Positions 57,909-64,000 of a stretch of DNA of 64,000 bases are shown here, in pieces. Origin of the DNA: Chitinilyticum piscinae. GTDB lineage: Bacteria > Pseudomonadota > Gammaproteobacteria > Burkholderiales > Chitinibacteraceae. The stretch spans positions 575,858 to 639,857 of the forward strand of contig NZ_JADFUA010000001.1 in NCBI RefSeq assembly GCF_015223195.1, written 5' to 3'. The notes beneath the pieces were generated by a model. That model had not been told where the DNA came from and made no database searches. It was given only the letters and a program-made list of their open reading frames with translations. The stretch's first letter is position 1, and each line of letters opens with the position of its first letter. The position numbers and the translations under genes were made by a program.

Positions 57909-58691
57909 ATGAAGATCAAACACTGGCTGCTCGGCGCCATGCTGCTGCCTTCGCTGAGTTTTGCCGCCAATGTGATTACCAAGTACACGCCACCGCAAAG
58001 CGAAGAGCTCAAGCCCTATTACGAGCTGCTGAAATCGCGCAATGCCCTGGATCAGGTCAAGCCCACCGTGAAATTGCTGAAATGGCCGGGAGACTTCACC
58101 CTGGAGACCATGGAATGCGGTGAAGTGAATGCAATGTACTATCCCGGGCAGAGCCGGATTGTCATGTGCTACGAGATTTTCAAGGATCTGCATGACAAGT
58201 CCGAAGAGCAGCTGACGGACTATTCCGCCGAGTATCGCCGCGATGTGGCGGTTCACGCGGCGATCTTCCTGTTCCGTCACGAACTGACGCACGCCATCAT
58301 CGATGTGTTCAAGGTGCCGATTTTCACCGACGAGGAGAACGCTGCCGATGCGGTAGCGCTGTATTACTCGCTGAACAACAGCGAACCGGAAGAGCTGAAA
58401 AAGCTGCTGAAGGGGGCCAAGTTCTACTTCATGCGCAAGAACCCGAAATTCGGTGAAACCAATGACTACCAGTTCGGAACGTTCTCGGATGTGCATCCGC
58501 TGCATGAACAGCGCTATTTCAACATGCTGTGCTACACCTACGCGAAATACCCCAAGGAAGCCGATTTCCTGGTCAAGGATGGCTATCTGCCGCAAAGCCG
58601 CGCCGATTATTGCCCGCGCCAGTGGGAACAACTGGATAACGCGATGAAAAAGCTGATCTGGCCGCACACCTACAAGAAGGTCGGCAAGTAA
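57909..58691 (+). CDS. DUF4344-family putative metallopeptidase, secreted
   Basis: Signal peptide MKIKHWLLGAMLLPSLSFA. HELTHAIID (HExxH) zinc-binding motif. Local GC is visibly lower than in neighbouring genes. Confidence 0.65.
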   Translation: MKIKHWLLGAMLLPSLSFAANVITKYTPPQSEELKPYYELLKSRNALDQVKPTVKLLKWPGDFTLETMECGEVNAMYYPGQSRIVMCYEIFKDLHDKSEEQLTDYSAEYRRDVAVHAAIFLFRHELTHAIIDVFKVPIFTDEENAADAVALYYSLNNSEPEELKKLLKGAKFYFMRKNPKFGETNDYQFGTFSDVHPLHEQRYFNMLCYTYAKYPKEADFLVKDGYLPQSRADYCPRQWEQLDNAMKKLIWPHTYKKVGK

Positions 58692-58730
58692 GCCATGCAT
58701 TGGCTAGCATGATCGGGCTGCGAAATAAAA

Positions 58731-58760
58731 AGCCAGGGTATTGTGCCCTGGCTTTTTATT
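58731..58760 (+). terminator. Rho-independent terminator downstream of the DUF4344 gene
   Basis: AGCCAGGG / CCCTGGCT stem with a 7-nt loop, followed by TTTTTATTT. Confidence 0.75.
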
Positions 58761-58798
58761 TATAAGATTTCCGGCCTTATCCCTTGTTGGGTATGGGC

Positions 58799-59284
58799 CT
58801 ACTCTTCGAGGCCTGCCAGCAGGTCGGGAGCAACCATGGCCTTGAGCAGGAAGTCGATTTCCCCGTCACGCTCCCGGCGCTGGAACCACCAGATGCCGCC
58901 TTTTTTCACGCTGGTTTCCTGTTCGACGCCGCCCAGCAGCAGGCTGGCGGTGCGCCCCAGCATCGGCTGGTGCCCGACAATGATGACCACCTTGTCGCCG
59001 CCCTGCGGCCACTGGCTGGTTTCCAGCACCCGCGCCGCGCTGGCGCTGTCCGGATTGAGCCGTGCATCAATGCTGACCGGCCAGCCCAGCGCGTTGGCGG
59101 TTTCCTGGCTGCGCCGCGCCTGGCTGGCGTAGAGCACGACATCGGCGTCGCGGCCGGCCAGCTGCGTGCGTAGCCATTTGGCCATCCGGCTTGCCTGCTT
59201 CCTGCCCTTGCCGGTCAGGGCTCGGGCCAGATCGGTGCTGGCCGTCTCTTCAGCTTCGGCGTGCCGCCACAGGATCAGGTCCAT
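58799..59284 (-). CDS. sixA: phosphohistidine phosphatase
   Basis: 161 aa. RHG motif LILWRHAEA of the histidine phosphatase superfamily. SixA size. Sits immediately downstream of ppk (10-nt gap). Confidence 0.8.
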   Translation of the reverse strand: MDLILWRHAEAEETASTDLARALTGKGRKQASRMAKWLRTQLAGRDADVVLYASQARRSQETANALGWPVSIDARLNPDSASAARVLETSQWPQGGDKVVIIVGHQPMLGRTASLLLGGVEQETSVKKGGIWWFQRRERDGEIDFLLKAMVAPDLLAGLEE

Positions 59285-59293
59285 GTCGCCCCC

Positions 59294-61378
59294 TTAAACG
59301 GTCAGTTGCGAGCCCAACTCGGCCAGCATCATTTGCTGGGCGCTGCGCGCCTTGCTGCCGCGGGTGACCTTGCGGCGATAGCGGCCATCGGATTGCATTT
59401 CCCAGGCCTGAGTGTTGTCGACCAGGAAGGGGCGCAGCGATTCGCGGATCACGCGGCGTTTGATCTTCGGGTTTTTCACCGGGAAGGCGATCTCGATGCG
59501 GCGGAACAGGTTGCGGCCCATCCAGTCCGCGCTGGAGAGATACACATCCTCGGCGCCGTCGTTGAAGAAGTAGAACACGCGATGATGCTCGAGGAAGCGG
59601 CCGATGATCGAGCGCACCTTGATGTTCTCCGAGATGCCCGGCAGACCCGGCCGCAGCGCGCAGACGCCACGCACGATCAGGTGAATCGTGACGCCGGCAC
59701 TGGATGCCTCGTACAGCCGATCAATGATCGACGGCTCCAGCAAGGCATTCATCTTGGCGATGATGATGGCTTTCTTGCCCGCCTTGGCGTGGGTGATCTC
59801 GCGCTCGATGGCGCGCACCAGGCTGGGCTGCAGCGTGAACGGCGACTGCCACAGCGCCTGGTGGTCGCCGGCCTGCCCCAGACCGGTCAGCTGCATGAAG
59901 ACATCGTTGACATCGCCGGTGATGTCCTCATCGACCGTCATCAGGCCGAAATCGGTGTAGAGCTTGGCGGTGCGCGGGTGATAGTTGCCGGTGCCGACGT
60001 GGGCGTAGCGGCGCAGCCGCCCTTCCTCGCGGCGGACGATCAGCAGCATCTTGGCGTGGGTCTTGTAGCCATAGACACCATACACGACGTGCGCGCCGGC
60101 GCGCTCGAGCTTCGCGGCCCAGTTGATGTTGGCTTCTTCGTCGAAGCGTGCCATCAGTTCGACCACGACGGTGACTTCCTTGCCGCGCACGGCCGCTTCC
60201 AGCAGGGCATCCATCAGCGCTGATTCGCTGCCGGTGCGGTACACCGTCATCTTGATGGCCACCACATGCGGATCGCGGGCAGCCTGCAGCAGCAGGTCAA
60301 CCACCGGGGTGAAGCTCTGGTAGGGGTGATGCAGCAGCACGTCACCGTGACGGATGGCGGCAAACAGGTCGGTCTGCTTTTTCAGCTCGGGCGGCAGGCC
60401 GGGGAAGAAGGGGGCGAATTTCAGATCCGGGCGGTCGACCTGATCGGGTACCTGCATCAGCCGCACCAGATTCACCGGGCCGTTGACGCGGAAGATGTCC
60501 ATTTCTTCCAGCCCGAACTGCTCGCGCAGGAAATCCTGCAGGTGTTTCGGGCAGTTGTCGGCGACTTCCAGGCGCACCGCATCGCCGAAGGGACGCTGCG
60601 ACAGTTCGCCTTCCAGCGCAGCGCGCAGATCCTTCACCTCGTCATCATCCACGGACAGGTCGGAATCGCGGGTCAGGCGGAACTGGTAGCAGCCCAGCGC
60701 ATTCATGCCCATGAACAGTTCATCGACGTGCGCGTGCAGGATGGACGACAGGAAGACGAAGCCATGGTCGACGCCGCTGATTTCCTTGGGCATCTTCACG
60801 AAGCGCGGCAGCACGCGTGGCGCCTGCACGATGGCAATGCCGGAGTTGCGGCCGAAGGCATCGCGGCCTTCCAGCTCGACGATGAAGTTCAGCGACTTGT
60901 TCAGCAGGCGCGGGAAAGGATGCGAAGGATCGAGCCCGATCGGGGTCAGGATGGGCATCAGCTCGCGGAAGAAGAAATCCCGCACCCACTCGCGCTGGGT
61001 GTCATTCCACACGCTGCGGCGGAAGAAATGGATGCCTTCCTGTGCCAGCGCCGGGAACATCACTTCGCGCAACAGGCGATACTGCCGCTCGACCAGATCA
61101 TGCGCCTCGCGGGCCACCAGCTCACTGACCTGCTGGGCGGTCAGGCCTTCAGGCAGCAGGCGCGTGGGATTGTGACGCATGCTCTCCTTCAGCCAGGCGA
61201 TGCGGACTTCGAAGAACTCGTCGAGGTTGCTCGATACGATGCAGATGAATTTCAGGCGCTCCAGCAGCGGGTTGCTGTCGTCTTCGGCCTGTGCCAGCAC
61301 GCGGCGGTTGAATTCCAGCAGGCCCAGCTCGCGGTTGAGCAGCAACTGGTTGTCGGCGGGTTTGTAAGTCATGGGCAT
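59294..61378 (-). CDS. ppk: polyphosphate kinase 1
   Basis: 694 aa. N-terminus NRELGLLEFNRRVLAQA...LERLKFICIVSSNLDEFFEVR. Two PLD-like HKD-type domains. Collinear with E. coli PPK1. Confidence 0.95.
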   Translation of the reverse strand: MPMTYKPADNQLLLNRELGLLEFNRRVLAQAEDDSNPLLERLKFICIVSSNLDEFFEVRIAWLKESMRHNPTRLLPEGLTAQQVSELVAREAHDLVERQYRLLREVMFPALAQEGIHFFRRSVWNDTQREWVRDFFFRELMPILTPIGLDPSHPFPRLLNKSLNFIVELEGRDAFGRNSGIAIVQAPRVLPRFVKMPKEISGVDHGFVFLSSILHAHVDELFMGMNALGCYQFRLTRDSDLSVDDDEVKDLRAALEGELSQRPFGDAVRLEVADNCPKHLQDFLREQFGLEEMDIFRVNGPVNLVRLMQVPDQVDRPDLKFAPFFPGLPPELKKQTDLFAAIRHGDVLLHHPYQSFTPVVDLLLQAARDPHVVAIKMTVYRTGSESALMDALLEAAVRGKEVTVVVELMARFDEEANINWAAKLERAGAHVVYGVYGYKTHAKMLLIVRREEGRLRRYAHVGTGNYHPRTAKLYTDFGLMTVDEDITGDVNDVFMQLTGLGQAGDHQALWQSPFTLQPSLVRAIEREITHAKAGKKAIIIAKMNALLEPSIIDRLYEASSAGVTIHLIVRGVCALRPGLPGISENIKVRSIIGRFLEHHRVFYFFNDGAEDVYLSSADWMGRNLFRRIEIAFPVKNPKIKRRVIRESLRPFLVDNTQAWEMQSDGRYRRKVTRGSKARSAQQMMLAELGSQLTV

Positions 61379-61469
61379 CGTTTTCTCGTTCTTGTCGGTT
61401 CAGGCAGTCTGCAGACGCGGCAGGCACAGACGAATCAGGCCGCATGATGCGGCCTGATGATGACAGTTC

Positions 61470-61742
61470 TTAGTTGCTCGGTGGCACAAAGCCGGCGATG
61501 GCGTCGGCACCGGCACCGAAGAAGTAGTTTTCCAGCTGTTGCTGCAGATACTGGCGGGCACGCGGATCAGCCAGATTCAGGCGGTTTTCGTTGATCAGCA
61601 TGGTCTGGTGCTTCACCCAGGCCTGCCAGGCTTCCTTGGACACGCTGTCGAAGAGTTTCTTGCCCAGCTCGCCCGGCAGCGGCGGGAAATCCAGACCTTC
61701 GGCGTCGCGACCCAGCTTGATACAGTGGACAGTACGGCTCAT
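61470..61742 (-). CDS. yggX: Fe(II)-trafficking / oxidative-damage protection protein
   Basis: 90 aa. [56 protein letters not shown] is collinear with YggX. Start lies inside the longer ORF 61470..61964. Confidence 0.85.
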   Translation of the reverse strand: MSRTVHCIKLGRDAEGLDFPPLPGELGKKLFDSVSKEAWQAWVKHQTMLINENRLNLADPRARQYLQQQLENYFFGAGADAIAGFVPPSN

Positions 61743-62175
61743 GCAGATGCTCCCTTTTGAAACGGTGATGCGGTCATGGACAACCGCGCAAACGGCCATT
61801 GTAAACCGAGCCGCCGTGCTGTGGCAGCGGAGCACAGGGTTTTCTGTCTTGCCGTTCGTCGGGATGTGGCAAAATAAACCTTTGTACTTTGTGGTTTTCC
61901 GGTATGCTGCGCGGTTGGTTTCTGCTGGTGTTGCCGGCGAGCCAATGCCTGATCGCAGTTCCACAAGCCCCTCCGCCGCTTCGGCCCGCCTTTCGACCTC
62001 ACGCGAAAGCGCTTCCCTTGATGCTCCCGAGCTTGTTTGACCGGCTTCCTCATCCGGCGTGCTGTCATACCAGGCCCATTGCCGCGTGCTTCTGCCTTGC
62101 CGTTTGCCGGCTTGTGCGGATCATGTGTTGTTCAAAACCGTGCCGCCGAAGGGCTGGCACCAGCGGAGCGCCGAC

Positions 62176-62430
62176 ATGGCCAAAGAAGAAGGTATCGAAT
62201 TTGAAGGGGTGGTCAAGGAAGTACTGCCCGAATCGCGCTTTCGCGTAATGCTGGATAACGGCGTGGAAATCCTCGCCTACGCATCCGGCAAGATGAAAAC
62301 CAACCGCATCCGTGTACTGGAAGGTGACAAGGTCAAGGTCGAAATGTCGCCCTATGATCTGAGCAAAGGGCGGATTACATTCCGCTATGCCACCGGGCCG
62401 ATACCGGGCGGGTTCACACCGCGCCGCTGA
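62176..62430 (+). CDS. infA: translation initiation factor IF-1 (long paralog, 84 aa)
   Basis: [71 protein letters not shown] is an S1-fold IF-1 domain. It carries an extra 12-aa C-terminal tail ([13 protein letters not shown]). Confidence 0.85.
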   Translation: MAKEEGIEFEGVVKEVLPESRFRVMLDNGVEILAYASGKMKTNRIRVLEGDKVKVEMSPYDLSKGRITFRYATGPIPGGFTPRR

Positions 62431-62450
62431 TCGTTGTTTAAGGTAAAAAA

Positions 62451-62636
62451 TTGATTATTCGTGATTTACAGCCGGGCGACTGCTTCGCCCAGGAACTGAA
62501 CGGCCAGACCGTTCGTTTTGAAGTACTGGCGATTGACGCCACAGGCCGTCAGGTGCAGGTCACCTTCCGCAGCCCGCAGGGTGTCAGCTCCGCCGCGTAT
62601 CACCGTAACGCCTACATTTCGGCACATCCTCACTGA
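62451..62636 (+). CDS. small hypothetical protein (61 aa)
   Basis: Short ORF 21 nt downstream of infA on the same strand. No motif. Could be a small co-transcribed protein or could be noise. Confidence 0.25.
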   Translation: MIIRDLQPGDCFAQELNGQTVRFEVLAIDATGRQVQVTFRSPQGVSSAAYHRNAYISAHPH

Positions 62637-62728
62637 TGCCGCCGGCACCATCGAATGGTGCAAAGCCAAAGGGTATTGCTCTGTAGCCTCTATGAAAAAA
62701 GGCCTGCAGACCAATACCCTTATTTATT

Positions 62729-63382
62729 TCAGAAGTTCGCCGTGCGTTCCCACGCCAGCCGTTCACCCGAGACCGGATGCGGCAGCGCCAGATATTCGGC
62801 ATGCAGGCACAGCCGGGGCGACTTTGCCAGTCCGGCGGGGCTTGCATACAGCGTGTCGCCCAGAATCGGGTGGCCGATGGCCAGCAGGTGCACGCGCAGC
62901 TGGTGCGAGCGGCCGGTGACCGGCTCCAGCGCCACACGGGTGGCGTCCAGTGCGGCGTCGTACGCCAGCACCTCGAAGCGGGTGAGCGAGGGCTTGCCCT
63001 CCTCGAAATCGACCCGGTGTTTCGGGCGATTCGGCCAGTCGACGTTCAGCGGCAGGTCGATGCTGCCCGAATCCTGCGGCAGCCGGCCTTCGGCCAGCGC
63101 GACGTAGCGCTTGTCGACATGGCGATCCATGAACAGGATCGACAGTGCGCGCTGCATTGCAGCGCCGCGGCCGTAAACCAGCAGGCCCGAGGTATCCATG
63201 TCCAGCCGGTGTACCGTCAGCGCGTCGGGAAACTCGGCCTGCACGCGCGCCACCATGCAATCCAGCTTGTGCTCGCCGCGACCGGGAACGGAGAGCAGGC
63301 CGGCCGGCTTGTTGACCACCACCAGATGGTCGTCGGCATACACCAGATCAAGGCCGGTATCGGCGGGCGGAGCGTAATTCAT
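62729..63382 (-). CDS. rluA: RluA-family 23S rRNA/tRNA pseudouridine synthase
   Basis: 217 aa. Catalytic-Asp motif LTVHRLDMDTSGLLVYGR. Also VVVNKPAGLLSVPG. RluA size. Confidence 0.85.
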   Translation of the reverse strand: MNYAPPADTGLDLVYADDHLVVVNKPAGLLSVPGRGEHKLDCMVARVQAEFPDALTVHRLDMDTSGLLVYGRGAAMQRALSILFMDRHVDKRYVALAEGRLPQDSGSIDLPLNVDWPNRPKHRVDFEEGKPSLTRFEVLAYDAALDATRVALEPVTGRSHQLRVHLLAIGHPILGDTLYASPAGLAKSPRLCLHAEYLALPHPVSGERLAWERTANF

Positions 63383-63508
63383 GGCAGGACTCGGTAAAAC
63401 GGCGGCCGAAGTCTACCATGCCGCTGCCTGCCACTGATCGCCTCGGCGGCTGGCAGGTCTGCAACGCCTGTGCAATGCTGAAACGGAATGGCTGACGGAG
63501 GACTCATC

Positions 63509-64000
63509 ATGCAGCATTTACTGGCAGGCCTGGGGATGACACTGCTGTTGGTCGGGAGCGCCAGTGCCGCGGCCGCCGCCGATCTGCGCGCCTACACCGA
63601 GAATTTCCCCCCGTTCAATTACCTGCAGGAACAGCAGGAATCGGGGATTTCCGTCGAGTTGCTGCGCATGGTTGCCCAGCGCGCCAATCTCGATATCCAG
63701 ATGTCCTTTCTGCCCTGGCAACGGGCCGTCAATGAAAATGCCATGGATGCCAACAGCATCCTGTTCACGACCGTGCGCACCCCGCAGCGCGAGAATACCT
63801 ATCGCTGGGTGGGGCCGATCGATGCCTGCGATATTGCGCTGATCAAACTGAAGAAGCGCCAGGACATCCAGATTGGCAAGCTGGAAGACGCGTTCCGCTA
63901 TACCGTGGGGATTCCAACCGCGGGTGCCGATTTCGAAACGCTGAGCCGGCTGGGGTTCCCGGCCGGCCAGTTGCGCCGCGCCCCGCCTTCGGCCAGTGTC
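63509..64000 (+). CDS. periplasmic substrate-binding protein, family 3, 3'-partial
   Basis: Signal peptide MQHLLAGLGMTLLLVGSASAAAAA. YTENFPPFNY...YRWVGPI pattern paralogous to the SBP at 13885..14628. Runs off the window end. Confidence 0.65.
   Translation, partial: MQHLLAGLGMTLLLVGSASAAAAADLRAYTENFPPFNYLQEQQESGISVELLRMVAQRANLDIQMSFLPWQRAVNENAMDANSILFTTVRTPQRENTYRWVGPIDACDIALIKLKKRQDIQIGKLEDAFRYTVGIPTAGADFETLSRLGFPAGQLRRAPPSASV

Noticed and set aside
1-64000. CRISPR arrays, tRNA/rRNA genes, transposases, integrases, phage genes
   Set aside because: No regularly spaced repeats with unique spacers. No cloverleaf-like tRNA candidates in intergenic gaps. No DDE, serine or tyrosine recombinase motifs among the ORFs. 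The only tandem repeats are in-frame coding repeats (flotillin, 13-aa repeat protein, 15-bp STR).

Overview
This is a high-GC (~65%) chromosomal segment from a proteobacterium. The gene content (speG, dinB, ackA-pta, ppk-sixA, slyX, yggX, infA, rluA, CopA/CopI/CopG) is consistent with a betaproteobacterium such as Chromobacteriaceae, but that placement is inference only.

The window is densely coding and I found no rRNA, tRNA, CRISPR array, transposase or prophage. It contains about 55 plausible protein-coding genes:
- Housekeeping genes: dinB, dgkA, ackA, a MaoC-Pta fusion, ppk, sixA, slyX, yggX, a second infA, rluA, wecB, yegD, mipA and yaiI.
- A TetR/EmrA/EmrB efflux operon.
- A periplasmic copper-tolerance cluster: a small Cys/His-rich protein, a TolC-like protein, a multicopper oxidase, a CopI-like cupredoxin and a CopG/DUF411 protein.
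- An unusually dense set of second-messenger and chemotaxis genes: two MCPs, a FecR-like protein paired with a CHASE2 class III nucleotidyl cyclase, and a solute-binding protein translationally coupled to a membrane HAMP-PAS-GGDEF-EAL protein that carries a C-terminal CZB zinc-sensing domain.

The most interesting locus is at about 38.5-44.1 kb:
- A processive GT2 synthase with BcsA-like catalytic motifs (TED, QxxRW) carries a C-terminal tandem MshEN-type c-di-GMP-binding motif. This is the architecture of E. coli NfrB, not the PilZ domain of BcsA.
- It is translationally coupled to a 733-aa periplasmic protein anchored by a C-terminal transmembrane helix. That layout resembles BcsB, and no NfrA-type outer-membrane partner is present.
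- It lies divergently next to wecB (UDP-GlcNAc 2-epimerase, NfrC in E. coli).
- Together these suggest a c-di-GMP-gated synthase for a ManNAc-containing exopolysaccharide with a non-canonical subunit composition.

Other notable features:
- An 833-aa flotillin/SPFH protein with five to six internal ~75-aa tandem repeats.
- A secreted protein made of about fifteen 13-aa (39-bp) tandem repeats.
- A GNAT gene interrupted by an in-frame amber codon.
- A four-gene same-strand cluster of uncharacterised proteins (WD40-like, DUF2007 membrane protein, a 738-aa protein, a WG-repeat protein).
- Several intrinsic terminator hairpins.

Coordinates for gene starts were chosen from signal peptides and conserved N-termini and may be off by a few nucleotides.
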